Source: Lama glama
Lineage: Eukaryota
Direction: 5' to 3'
DNA: 64,000 nucleotides
Assembly: GCA_028534125.1 (NCBI GenBank)
Contig: CM052847.1
Span: 22,816,001 to 22,880,000, forward strand
Shown here piece after piece: positions 1 through 13,098 of this stretch (the first letter of the stretch is position 1; the number at the start of each line of letters is the position of its first letter). The translations under genes were made by a program, and so were the position numbers. The notes under the pieces are model-generated. The model saw only the letters and a program-made list of their open reading frames with translations. It did no database searches and was not told the origin of the DNA.

Positions 1-1677
1 TCTGTGATGCAGGCATCACTCTCTCTTGCATGCACTGAGCAGGATAAAGGGGCCAGGAGCCAGTTGCCAAGACAGCGAGATCATCAGGGAGGGCATATTC
101 TGCTTTGACGACTTTTGAAACCCAAGAAAAGCGACAGAGAATTTCCTGCTTAGGCTGGAGTGTATTTATTCTGACTTACGACATGTCAGGATGCTTCTTA
201 AGGTTCAGGAAGGGCGTACACAACTGCAGTGTGTCCAGAGCTCCACGCAGCTCGCAGACAGCAGGTCTCCTGGCAGGGAGACTGGTTTCCATGTGTCCAT
301 CCATCCGTGCGTCCGTCGGTCCATTCCTCCGTCATTTTGCAAATATTCAACGAGCAGTGCTCTGCCCTGGGGAACGTGTCTGGTGCTGGGAATGCACAGA
401 CGTGTGTCAGGTAAGCCCCAACCCTTGAGAACTGCCTGCAGCTGGCCTTGGGTTTCCCAGGCTTGGCCCAGTAACTCCGTGGGGAGGGCTGCCTGGGACC
501 ACGCTTGCAGCCCAGATCCCGGGCCCTGAGCCTCGCACCAGATCAGACTGCCTCAGGCCACGTTTTTATCAAGTAACTGGACAATTCTCAGTCACGCTAA
601 GATTTCAGAATTAAACTCGGGGGAGGGTTTAGACGGGAGGAGATAATCGCATCACCCCTCCTGTGCTGCCGCAGCGATGCGTGCAGGGTTTCAGAAGCCT
701 GAGGAGGCAGGGCACCCCGGATCCCGCCAGGAAGGACCGCGCGCAGGGAGGGCGCAGCTTTCCTGCTACAGAGGAGCCGCGCGGAGAAGTCCCACGTACC
801 CCGCGGAAAAGCCAATGGTGAGACAAGAAGTTCTCGCCAACTCTAGACGACGTTTGGCTTGGTGAAAGGGAAGCTTCAGAATCACAGAAGATAGCCCACC
901 TTGAGCTCTTAAAGAGTCACCTATTACGGCTGCAAACTTTAGTAAAACAGCCCACGTGGCGGTAACCAGATGGGCAGGTACGAGTTAAAACCGTGCCTTT
1001 GTGTACGTACACATGTGTGACATGCAAGCTGTCGCATGTGCGCAGGCGCGGGCACGTGTACTGACCCTCCTCGGGAAGCGCAGACGATTGGCCCTCGGGG
1101 CTCACGTGCCGCCTTTGGACTCCTGCCCCCAGCACTGATGCCGTCCCAGCAAGCAAGGCATTTGCTAAAATATTTTCAAATGCATTTGGCCCCAGAGAAG
1201 CCTGATCGCTTTCTTACTACATGTCATGAATTTATGGGTCAATAAGAAACTGAAAGTAACCCACTCGCTGGAGATCCACTCAACTCCTGCTGTAGCACCC
1301 CAGCCCCCCAGAATGTCTCCCGCTCACGGTCGGCGCAGGAGGGCTGAACAGGGGAGGGTCAGGCTGGTCGGGGCGCCACCATCCAGAGAGGACAGGCACG
1401 GTCCCCAGAGGTAACGTCGTGATGCGTCCCGCCTAGTCCCCGCTTGTCACAGTGACCTGCGTCAGAACGCTTCCGTTACGAGGTGGGTCTGTGCTTGTAA
1501 AGACCTCTGGTGCTGGAGGTCCCTTCTCTCGTCCCACCCAGCTGGGGGCGGAGGCGGCAGGCAGGGCTTCAGGGGTTGGGCTGCCTCGATGCTCCCTCGA
1601 ATGTGCAGTCTCGGCAGCACTTGGGGTCAGCGTGATGGCGCAGACACAGGGTGCCAACCTCTGACCGCATCTGCTTC

Positions 1678-1982
1678 CTTTTATTCTTTGTTGAACTGCA
1701 GGCGATTCAGTGTGTGTGGCTTCTGGTGTACGGCACAGTGGTTCAGTCATATACATGTCTGCGTATTCTTTTTCATTACAGCTGTTACAAGGCACTGAAT
1801 ACCGTTCCCTGTGCTCCACGGCAGGGCCTTGCTGTGCGTCTACTTTATGTACAGTAGTTTGTGTCTGCAAATCCCGGACTTCCAGTTTATCCCTTCACCC
1901 CCTTCCCTGTTGGTAATCACAAGTTTGTTTTCTGTGTCTGTGAGTCTGTCTGCTTTGTGGATGGGTTCATCTGCATCCATTT
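1678..1982 (-). mobile_element. LINE-1 3' UTR fragment (cetartiodactyl/camelid type), 5'-truncated
   Basis: Aligns by eye with the copies at 35577 and 48913 (ttctggtg.acagca.agtg.ttcagtcata, actgaata...ccctgtgct, tttatcccttc, aagtttgttttct). Confidence 0.8.
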
Positions 1983-4900
1983 GGGAAGGGTGTCTCACAT
2001 TTGCATCCGTTACGTGAATAGGGTGCTTCATACCATCTGCACATGAGTGAGTTTGCACGTGGGGGTGAATGTTCAAAACCACTTCCGGCATAAGCGCACC
2101 CAGTTGGAAGGTGTGGGGATCACTGGGTCCAGCCTGGCATCTTCAAGGCCGGGGTGGTGGCCAGCCGAGCCCCCCTGGGGAGGCCCCCTCACGGTCACAC
2201 TGCAAGGGCCCTGCTGCTGCCTTCTGTTCAGACCCAGATGCAGCCGTCCTTCCTGAAGGACGCGAGAGAACGGGGGTAAGACTGACCTATCATCCAGCCG
2301 CTCCTCCTGGTGTGGAAACACCCCGAACAGCAAGGTGCCCTTCGAGGCCGGAGACCACGAACGTGCCCCTTCAGTCCCAGAAACACTCCGGGTGCATCTC
2401 TGTGCGTTTGGGGAAGACAAAAGAAAAATGTGGACTCTCGGCCGCAGCCTGACGAGTCCCAGGTCCTCCGTCCTGAGCCCCCGAGCAAGTGGCCCCACGT
2501 CGGCACAGCCAGCCTGGGGCGGGCCCTGCTCCCCACGCAGGCCCCGCTGGCCCTTGGCCCCTGGAATCGGGGCAGGTGCGGGCTGGGTGCTGTTGGCTCT
2601 GCGCTGCTGTACGGAGACCTTAAAGGGGCAAAGAGGCGGCGAATGGGGAGCACTTACTGGCACATCCAGCAGGCTGTGCACGGAGCCCTCCCTTCCTGGC
2701 GAGGGTGCCGAGCAGGGGGTCAGGTGGACTCTAACGGGACAGGAGGGGTGTGGACGATGGAGCGGGCGGAGGGAAGCCCGGACAGCCCGCGTGAGGAGCC
2801 TCCACCACATCCTGCTGCCTGGAGCCCCCCAGCCAGGTCGGCGATGTGTCTAACATTTGAGAGTGTCAGGGCGTTCCATTTCCAGTCTGAGATATTTTGA
2901 ACACGTGGTACATTTTAATAGCCTTAATTATTTAGACCCTCTAAGAATCACAGAACAGAGTGAACAGCAGAGGTCTTTCTTATTATTTTATTCACACTTT
3001 CATTACCATTAACGTCCGGGTTTCCACCTAGAGCTAGTCTGACGGCGTTCCCATCTCAGCTGGCAGCACCAGCGCCACAGAGCACGAGGCAGCTGCCCAG
3101 AAGCTCCCCGTGGCGCAGGACGTGGCGGCGCCGTGTTCTGTTTGCGCCTTCACCCACAGAGCCGCCCAGGCTGCACGCGGGAGTGCGGGACTCCGCTCTG
3201 AACCCGAGCGATGAGCCCAACGTGTCACACGTTAGCACGGCGCAGACTTCTGGAGCCCCTGCTCGCTCGCGCTGCTGCTTGAGAAACAACGTGAGGTAAG
3301 AGTTCTATGTGCAACGCTCTGGGGGTGATTTTAACACAGACACGGTGCTGGAGATGACCGCACAGCCCCCCCCCAATGGTGAAAACAGTCGGGGGAGCCG
3401 TCCCTGCGCCGGGAGCACCTGCAGAGTAGGCTGGCAACAGCATCGCTGAAATAGGTAACGAGGTTCGAACCCTTCAACAGCAACAGAAACTGGACGGTCC
3501 GGAAGGACGGAGCCTGGCTTGGTGTGTTTACTGCTGACGGTGCATCGTAGGCGCTGCTTCCTGGAGGCTCGACCTGGACAGGGCCCTCTCCCTGCCCGCC
3601 ACCTCCCGGAGCCCGTCCGTGCGGCTGAGCCGTGTGCAGCCCCCACCCCCTCTCGGGCTGCCGTCCATTGAATCCCTCACTATCGAATCCCAGGGTCCCC
3701 AAGCTCATCCCAGGATGCAGCACACCCAGCCGTAAGGACTCGTCTCCACGTCCTGACGTGCGGTCCTTCCGACACCCTTGGAGTCCACTCTTCAATGTCG
3801 AGGGACCCGGAACCTTCCCACGCGTGCAGGTCCCCCGCCCTGGGACTGGGTCTTGCTTCCCTGCACGCAGCCAGACACGCTGCCAGGTCTCGTCTTTGAT
3901 TTCGAGTCTCACCTGCTCACAGAACCTTCCTCGCCTCCCCGTGCTCTCGTCACAAAACACAAGGCCCATGGGACTCAGAGTGCGGCCTCCAGACGAGAGG
4001 GACCATGAATTTGCCCAGTGAGGGGCCCGGCCCTGGAGGTCCCCCGACTCAGATGCTCTGCTCAGACACGGTGGGCCCTTCCCCCGCCTGGACTCCTTTC
4101 CGACTCCCAACCTGCCTCCCGTCACTTGCCCATCAGCCCTCAACTGTCTGCATCTCCCCAGGGCTCCCTCGACGTCCGTCCCTGGGCCTGTGTGTCCTCG
4201 TTATCTGCTTTCCTGCCCGTGTCGTGTCCTCCGGGCAGGAGAGGCTGTCACTCCCGCCTCTCAGCCCAGCGTCTGCATCCTGCTTAGCATTAAGAGTGGG
4301 CTCCACAAACGTTCTTCGGCAGGAGGGCCCTAAGTCTCCCTCTGGTCTCGTTTTTCTCCTTCTCGTCTCGGTGTCCTCTTCCTCTTCTGCTGCTGCTTTT
4401 GTAGGAACAGTTAACTTGCGCACGTGGAACCAGAGTCCAGAAGAGTCCAGCGGAGAGGTCCTGTAAGACAGTGCCCAAGCTGGAATTAGCGCGTGGTCCT
4501 GAACGGGTTCACGCTCCCTGCTCCATCACCAGTACCACTTCTCCGACCTCACAGCACGGTTTCAAACCGTTGAACAGTCCTGTCTTGTTCCTCTGTCGGT
4601 TCACTTGGGGCCACATGACTTGGGTATTTTTCAAGTGAGGACACTGGAGCAGCTGCCAAGAGCACTCCTTCCAGCACGATAATTAACCAGCTACGAGTTC
4701 GTACCTGTTCAGCCTTTTATGCCGAGTAGCTCCTAAAAGTGTATTTTTTAACTCAAGGAAGTGGTTTATTCTTCTCCATCGCTTTGATTCAAGACACCAA
4801 AATGGGTAAGTTTACCAAATGGAAACGGCCAAGTTCACCTGCATTCAATTTCCCAAGATTAGAATTTCTTACTTTTTGCTTATCTACTGTTTTAACTTTT

Positions 4901-7589
4901 TACTGCCTTTCCTTTACTAATGATTTTCTGGGAGAAATTTGATTAGTAAACCACGTCTTCAAAGCAAACGGTGTAGATTAAACGTACAGAGCTCGCGTTA
5001 CCCGAGCCCTGGAAGCCTTCACCCTTCGGGGGTCCGGAGCGCGAGGAGGACCAGTCACCTCAGGAAGGAACAGCTGCTTGCCTGGCTGCAAACGTGCTCG
5101 GTGCACCAGAGCAGCCGCAGGCGTGTGTGTTAAGAAGTGTGGCGCCTCGGAGCTGTACCAGTCCTGGTGCGCTTTCTTCGTGGAGGAGTTGGAAGGAAAC
5201 CTGAGTCTCCCCGAGGGGCACCCCAGCCCGGAGTCCGGGGCGGAGGCAGCGCTGCCAGGCCAGCGGCCCACGGAGGGCGCCCGCGCGGCTCGTGAAGTGA
5301 GGGGCCCTGGGCCTCGTGCTCGTGTGAATACTCTGTTCTCGCTTGTTTTCCTGAAGGAGAGAAACATAAATACAGCCAACTTCAGTTACCACTTCAGATT
5401 CTACCCGAATGACTGGCCATGCATCGTAGGAGGCAGAACTGCGTGGATGGAACGATACCGGCCCGCCAACTGCCTGTGTCACGGGGAGAACGCAGACCAC
5501 GCCCGCCCGCGGGCCGCAGGCTCGGGGAGCTGGGCTCAGGGAGGGTCAGAGGTCCTCCCCAGGGGCTGCTGCGCCACGGCGCGGCGTCGGCCCTCCCTGC
5601 CTCCCATCGGGTCACGCACGAGGCCGGGCCCGAGGCCGGGAGGGCTCTGCCAGCCGGGCCCCCGAATGGCCCGAAGACCAGCATCCGGCTGGTTCCTCCC
5701 TCAGAATCCACCCTGTCTGTTCTGCGTGACTTTCCACTAAGATGGGCGTCCGTGGAGGCTGGATACCGGTGGCCCCGCGGGAACTTGGGAGACTCGTCCG
5801 TGGTCGGCGGGGGGGGGGGGGTCCGGACTGTTCTCTTCTGCTGCAGTGACCAGAGGATCCACGCGCTGAATGAGGGAGCCTGTCACCCGTCCTGACCACC
5901 AGGAGATCCGTGGTCACGGCTGCCCCAGCGGAAGGGAGGGCACTGATGCGGGGCCCACCGGCCTCAGCCCTGGCTGGGCGGGCGGGGAGCAGCCGGGACT
6001 TGAAGTTCCCGGGGCTTCGGGCTGCCCCAGGTTGCAGAGATGAAGGTGCACCCAACCCGTGCCCCTGGCTCCGTCTCCCCAGCCGCCGGCTCTGGCCTCT
6101 CGGCGGGCAGGTCTGCGTCTGCTATCTGTGCTCCCGTGAAACCCTCGCAGCGAGCAGCACTGGGAGGCGACCCACATTATACTGCGTCTAACACAACTGT
6201 GGTGGACTCTCCACCAAGTGAGTGGCCCCGCCGGGCAGACCGTAGACGCGCAGGCAGCAAACGCCTCAGGGGCACCCAGGTGGGGTGGGGCCCTCTCCTA
6301 ACAGTCCTGTTTCCACGGGTGGGGTCAGCAGAACCCTGCCCTCTCACGAGGGACACTGAGGGGCTTCAGAGGGACGGGCCTTCACCTCACTGTGGGGGGC
6401 TGGGGAAGCAATGGTCCAGGGCTGCCAACCCACAGAGGCCAGACCCCCCTTCCCAGGCCCCCAGCTCCGCCCACCCCCACTGTCCGACCCCAGGAGAGGC
6501 GGTGGGCAGATGAACATCCCCAGGGATGCTTCGGGACTCAGGGTCCCCCCAGGGCACCAAAAGCCCCCAGACCAAACCCAAATTCACAGCGTGCGCCCCA
6601 GGAAGGGGCGTTTCCTGAAAGGTGGACTTGCTTATACAAAATCTTACAGTGCCGCTGACTCTAAGTCACGTGGACTCTGAGTTAAATTTTTTTAAATTCT
6701 TCCTTCCCTGGAAATAATAAAACCTGAAAAGTCCAGGCATGTGAGTCCTGGGAAGCCGGCTGCCTCCTGTGCTGGGCTGCCCGTGGCCGTGTGACTGTTC
6801 AGGGCACGGGAGCGGGGCGACAGTGGGACGGCTCAGGGAGGCTGCCTGGCGCCACCGTCGTCTGAGGCCAGGGCTGCCGCCTCCACTGCCGTTTCCCGGT
6901 CAAGCAGGAAAGTGCGTCGTAGGCACAAGGGGGAAAAACAGCCACGGAAGCAGGGCCCAGCGAGACGCGGACGGAGGGAGGCAGTCAGCGACGATGCTGG
7001 GAGGAGGGCGGCCACCAACGCTCGAGAGCTGGAGCCACATCGTTCTGCCCGTGAGGGTGGCACTCCTTCCAGCCTGAGCCAGAGGAAGCGGACCAGCTCC
7101 CAGGCTGCGGCTTCAACTGGGAGGAAAGTGGTGGGGCCGCGCCCCGCGCACATGCGCGCACGCGGCCCGGGTGCACGCGGACCTCCCTGCGGGACGCCGA
7201 GCGCAGCACATCCCTCATTCGCGGCCAAACGGCCGGAAATCTGTCCGCTCCGTGTTTCACTTTCAGGGCTAAAGGCAGTGGAAACCCACTTGAGTTGTAG
7301 CCAAGCGGTGCTTCCGCCAGTGCAACCGGAGGCTTCTGAAGCTCCGCCCGTCACCTTCTTTACGCCTGGGCGGGGCTCACGGGACCCGCGTCCCTGCGAC
7401 CCTCAGGCTTCGTGCTGTCTCGGGATTTAAGCAAAGCAGCCTCTGCTTCCGGAACACAGCGGATTCAAAGGTGCCACCGTTCTGCAACAGTCCTCTGTGC
7501 GGCGGGAGGACAATCAGTGTCTCAGCGTGTCTGGGGAGACTTCAAGCCCGACGGCAGGGGGCTCGTAGGAGGGCAACCCTAGCGCGCAC

Positions 7590-7730
7590 CCCCCCGGCGT
7601 GCGTCCTGCAGCCGTCCCCGAGTCAGGTGTGGCCCCTTTTACAGACGGGGAGACTGAGGCGGACAGCAGCCGCTCTGAGGGCCCCACAGCCCCGGGCAGC
7701 CAGGCGGGGACCCAGCCTGGCTCCAGGGCA
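7590..7730. mobile_element. MIR SINE core fragment (GC-shifted)
   Basis: cccctttt acagacggggagactgaggc resembles the MIR core cccattttacagatgaggaaactgaggc. Confidence 0.6.
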
Positions 7731-7848
7731 CAGCCGTCGCCACCCGGCCTCTGGAAGGAACGCAGGAACTGACTCTACGCAGAGCGGATTCACTTTAGAA
7801 ACAAAACGACAGGTGGGAACGTCTGAGCAAGGATGAAATAAAGGTTCA

Positions 7849-8132
7849 NNNNNNNNNNNNNNNNNNNNNNNNNNNNNNNNNNNNNNNNNNNNNNNNNNNN
7901 NNNNNNNNNNNNNNNNNNNNNNNNNNNNNNNNNNNNNNNNNNNNNNNNNNNNNNNNNNNNNNNNNNNNNNNNNNNNNNNNNNNNNNNNNNNNNNNNNNNN
8001 NNNNNNNNNNNNNNNNNNNNNNNNNNNNNNNNNNNNNNNNNNNNNNNNNNNNNNNNNNNNNNNNNNNNNNNNNNNNNNNNNNNNNNNNNNNNNNNNNNNN
8101 NNNNNNNNNNNNNNNNNNNNNNNNNNNNNNNN
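7849..8132. other. Assembly gap
   Basis: Run of N. Confidence 1.
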
Positions 8133-10166
8133 CGAGAGTGGTCTGAAACACTCTCTTCATTTATTTTGGTCGATGGAAATAATACAAAATCATTGGGACG
8201 TGAAAAGCTTAAACAGAGGCAATATTCTGGAGGCTGATATTTAATGTGATAAATATCTGAAAGGTTGGGGGTGCCGGGGAGGGGCCTCGGGCCTGACCAC
8301 TGGCCACTCGGAGCCCCACCTGGGCAGGGGGCTGTGGAGCTGTCCCTCCCTCTGGGCTCAGCCCCGCAAACGTGACATTTCCTTTGATCCCTCATCGACT
8401 GTTAGAATTTATAAAGAACACCTGAAGCCGTAAATCAAATGTCAGGTCGAATTCTGGTGGAACCATGTCAGTACTTCACAGTGTGTGGTTTGCCCGGTGG
8501 CTGCAGGGACCTCAGCCAGGCCGACGTGGCATCCAGGGTGCCCCAGGCCCCGGGCAGCATGGAAACCCTGTGCCCTGCGCTCGGGCCAGGCCTGACGGTC
8601 CCCACTGCCCGCCAGCTCACAGGTGCGTGGGGACCTGTGGCAGACGCCCCAGGACTGCAGAGCCCCCTCCCCCGCCTCTCTGAGGAGCGGAGGGGGGAGG
8701 GCTGTGGGGTTTCCACGCGGTGGAGCTCGGCCGGGGAGAGCAGACGTCCCCGCCCTCGTCCTTCCAGGCGGGCGTTTCTTCCCCTCTTTTCATCCCGAGG
8801 TGGAAGAAATCTCCAGAAAATTCTGCACCAACAGTGAAACGTGCAGGAGCAGAGGCCCCGTGAGCTTCACCCTGAGCCCCCCAGGGAAGCAGCCCAGGCG
8901 TGGGGCCCACTGGGTTCGGGTGTGTCTCCTCGGGAACCTCTGACCCTTCCTAGCATCTGGAGGAATTTCCATGGTTTCTGTTTTGCTTGTTCGTGGGCAA
9001 GCGTCTCCCGTCCCCAGGATGGAGCAGGTTACCCACACGTCCAGGCAGGCTCAGGTCAGACGAGGGGGGGTCCTGCGCTCTGCACGCTGCACGTCCGCAC
9101 CTGGGGTTTGCAGCCCACCGCCCCCCTACCCGGGCCTTGCCCTCGGGGTGGGTGAGGGGGCAGACACAGCAGGGCCTAGGGGGAGGGTGTCCTGGGAGGA
9201 AGGGCCGGGGGCAGGGAAGTCCCTGGGTGGATGCCGGGGGATGGGAGCCTCCCCGTGTGGAAGCACTTCCTCCCAGGCCATCAGTGGCCTCCACTGGGTG
9301 GGCACCAGGCGTGTGGGGAAGACGTTGCTGCTGAAAGGGGGAGTCCAAGAAAACAGCTACTTCTCGGTTTTGCTGAGAAAAGTGGGACCAAGGTGTCAGG
9401 GGTGTAACAGCCCCAAGTCACCAGCACCTGGTCTGAAGCTCTCTGAGTTCCGGCCTCACCACACTCCCTGGCTCTCCTTTCCGCGCCACAGGCTGACACT
9501 AGAAATCACCCCGTGGAACATTGCAGATAACTGGCTTCCAGGCCGCGGTGCTCAGAAGTATCACCAGTCAGCCAAGGACGCGCCGCGGTCTGACAGCCGC
9601 GGGCGATGCAGAGAATCCGCAGGCTTGGCAAGAAGCAGGCGGCAAGGCTTTGTGAAAGCTTCGCAGAGATGGGGTCCAGCCTCTTGGGCTGTTGGATGCA
9701 GCCGCCCGTGGTCTCAGGAGGCCCCGTGTCCACACCTTCCTGGACCAGGGGGCCAGAACGAGGCCCTGCTGCCTGGGGCCACCTGCTTGGATTTCCCCTG
9801 TTCCCTGGAAATCAGTGCCAAGAGCCGTGGTGAACGCCTGGCCATCCCCACAGCAGTAGCTGGCCAGCAGGGACTCTGCCTCCTGGAAGGACGGGGTGGA
9901 CGTGCGACAGCTCCCTAAGTGCTCTGTGACGTGGCCCTGTGAACACCCCCCACCCAGATCCATGCGACACACGGGTGACCCATCTCGTCTCTGCGGAAAC
10001 AGCTGAGGGAACCCGGGAACAGTGTGATCTGGCCCCGGCGCCCACGTGCGGGCTGGACACTTCAGTCCAACGTAGTGAATGTCAACAAAGCGTTGAAATC
10101 TCATCAGGATTGACACAGAAATGTGAAGAAGTTAAGGCAAAGGCAGCAGCGCAGCCCAGATCTGCC

Positions 10167-10240
10167 GTGGCCCCCTCCTCCATGGCCCCCTCCTGAAGTG
10201 GCCCTCTCCCACCATGGCCCCCTCCTGACGTGGCCCCTGA
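10167..10240 (+). repeat. Short degenerate tandem repeat (~15-17 bp unit, tggccccctcct core)
   Basis: About 5 imperfect copies of (g/a)tggccc(c/t)ctcc. Confidence 0.75.
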
Positions 10241-12304
10241 CCGGAGCTGAGAGTGGCGAGTGCCCCCCAGGCTGGGACAGCTTGGCACAGAAAGTGGAGG
10301 TCCCCGCATCTGAGACAAAGGGCCCCCCAAGAACCCAGGAGCTCCATCTCACCTCCAGGCTGCATCGCTGACTCCGATGCTGTGTTTTCACACGAGTTTA
10401 TTTGAGCGACAGATGCTACCCAGGCGGCGCCCGCAGCAAAGGAATGAGACTGGTGACGATGTCTGCGCGGGGGGTGGATGGAGGGGATCAGGCTGCTCAG
10501 TGGAGTGAGGACGGGCTCTCAGGGGATCAGGACACCAACTCAACAATTTCTTCCAGTTTCTAAAGTAAATCACACATCGCTCCTCAGGAGGCTTAGGACG
10601 CGGCTGCTGGCCCCAGAGGGAACATCACTAACCACGCTTCGCCATCTCGGGGCGAGCACGGCCCAGGTTCGGGGTCGGGTCCTCTTCCTCCGAGGGGCTG
10701 CGTGGAGCGCTCCACGCAGTGTGGAGCGAGTTGCACAGAGCCTGGCGTCTGGGCGTGGCCTCTGGGTGTAGTGTCCTCCCCGCAAACAGGACTCCAGGCT
10801 GACTTCTTTGCTCTCCGGCAGACCCCCCGAGGGTCTGTGCACGCGCTTTCAGGGAGCAGCTGGAACAGAGGCACCGGGCCCCCCTCCCCCCACACAGCAG
10901 GATCAGCACGGGGCACCTCAGCCCACGTGGGGCGTCCACCCAGAAGCGCGTCACAGCCGACGCCAGCAGCAAGCACAAGGCCACAGCACAGACACTGGTG
11001 TGGACCCTGGGTGGGGGCTGGGGGACTGGGCAGGGGCGGCCCCAGGGAGCGGCCCCCGGGGCTGCAGCCTCCCACATGCTCCCTGCCTGCAGGCGTGGGC
11101 CCAGGTGGGCGACAGTCCCGCCACCGTGAAGAAAGCCTGGACGCAAGCTCAGATCTTCCACTGACCCCACCATGACCGGTCCCCTCGCGCCCCCCCTGCT
11201 CTGGGATGGGATTGTCCCGTTTCAGCTCACTTAGAGACAGACCTGGAGGGCTGATGGGCCGGTGTCGACCTGGCCTGAGTAACTGAGAGGCACATCTTCT
11301 CCCGGGCGCTCATTTTAGCTTCTGGGCTGAAATAAAGGAACCTGACATTCTTGTAAGTCAAAATGTGGCCAATTTCATGAGGTTCAACTTAACACCAAGC
11401 AGATTCAACCTTTGACTTTAGGTTGGTCAACCAAGTGGCCAGAAGTTATTCATTGTCTTTACGACGCACACCCAGCTGCTCTCAAGGGGTGAGTCCTGGG
11501 CCACACAGGAGACCTGATCCATCTCCTTCTTTCTTCTTTCTCCTTTTTCTTTCATTCAAGGAAATTTTTAAGAGCCATCCATATGTGCACACGGAGAGAA
11601 TAAGAAGTCTTTCCCCATTGGTTGTTTTATCTCCGTAAGTTTATGAGAAGCGTTTAACCTCCAAGCAGACAGTGCCCTGCTTGAGGCTGAATTTGAGAAC
11701 TGGCAGATACTAACCTCTGGGAGTGCTTCCCGTCACTCGGTACTGCAGAAATCAGACCTCGTTCCACCATGTAAATGTGAACGACTTCAGATCTCTCACC
11801 CAAATGACAACCAAGCCACCTTATTTCTATTTGTACCCAGTACTTGGTCCAAAATAGGCCGCAGCCAGCGTTTGCTGAGTTAAAGACTGATCAGCTGAGC
11901 TGCAGGGAGTCACGGGGGGTTTCTGAAATCAAGGACCAAGAACCAGGCAGTGAAGAGGGGACACACGGACTCGGACGAGAGCAGACACGAGGCTCTGGAG
12001 CACAGAGAGGCTGAGGCCAGAGGTCCCAGCAGGAACGCCCCCTCTACACTCTGACCCGCAGGGTCGAGACCGGTATTGGCAGAAGGTCAGATCTGGGGGA
12101 AGGCCGGGGCCATCGGGAAGGGACCAGGAGGCGTGAGAGCTGCGGTGAGACACCCGGGGGCTGGGGACCTGAAAGGGGGCCGACTCCACCTCGGACACCA
12201 CCTCCCCAGCTGCACAGCCAGAGCCTAGGAGGACCTGGAACACGGCCTGCGGTCCGGAGACCGCAGCCCAGCAGCTCATCCCCCTTCCCCGCCCTAAACT
12301 GGGA

Positions 12305-13098
12305 CACTGACAACAGCAAACGCTGGCAAGAATGTGGCATTGCTGGTGGGAAGGCAAAGTGGTGCAGCCACCCTGGAAGACAGGGTGGTGGTTTCTTACA
12401 GAACTAAACATACTCCAACCGTGCCATCCAGCAGTTACGCTCCTGCAGTAATTACCCAAGTGAGCTAAAATGGTGTCNNNNNNNNNNNNNNNNNNNNNNN
12501 NNNNNNNNNNNNNNNNNNNNNNNNNNNNNNNNNNNNNNNNNNNNNNNNNNNNNNNNNNNNNNNNNNNNNNNNNNNNNNNNNNNNNNNNNNNNNNNNNNNN
12601 NNNNNNNNNNNNNNNNNNNNNNNNNNNNNNNNNNNNNNNNNNNNNNNNGAAAGGAGGCCATCTGAAAAGGCTGCACCTGTGTGATTCCGACTCTGGTATT
12701 CTGGGAAGGGGAAACTTACAGAAACAGTAAAAAGATGAGGGGCTGCCAGGGGGTGGGGGCAGGGAGGGACGAGCAGGTGCAGCACAGTGAACAGCTCTGT
12801 CTGATCCAACAGTGACGGACACCTGTCATCACACACGTGCCCAGACCCACAGGATGCACAGCACCGGGGGGGCCCGGATGTCAGCTGTGGGCACCGGCTG
12901 CTGACGACGCATCAGTGCAGATTTGCCAGTGGTAACGAATGTCCCGCCTGGGGGGGGATCTTGCTGGCGGAGGGTGTTGATGGTGGGGCGGCTCTGCACG
13001 TCTGGGGCAGGGATACACAGGCAATCTCTGTACCTTCCTCTCGATTTTCCTGTGAACCTAAAACTCTCTGAAAATAAAGTCCATGAGAAAAAAAAAGA
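12305..13098 (+). mobile_element. Old LINE-1 (L1MC-like) 3' end, sense orientation, spanning the gap
   Basis: cattgctggtgggaaggcaaagtggtgcagccaccctggaagacag (ORF2 end/3' region), and atctctgtaccttcctctcgattttcctgtgaacctaaaactctctgaaaataaagt followed by an A-rich tail. Confidence 0.8.
12478..12648. other. Assembly gap
   Basis: Run of N. Confidence 1.

Noticed and set aside
7790-8395. ORFs running through N gaps (also 11929-12822 and 36145-36675)
   Set aside because: Artefacts of unresolved bases.
8971-9918. 315-aa ORF and many other long ORFs in the track (e.g. 3331-4143, 33417-34181, 41028-41786)
   Set aside because: Pro/Gly/Arg/Ala-rich with no recognisable domain; expected from stop-codon scarcity in GC-rich intron.
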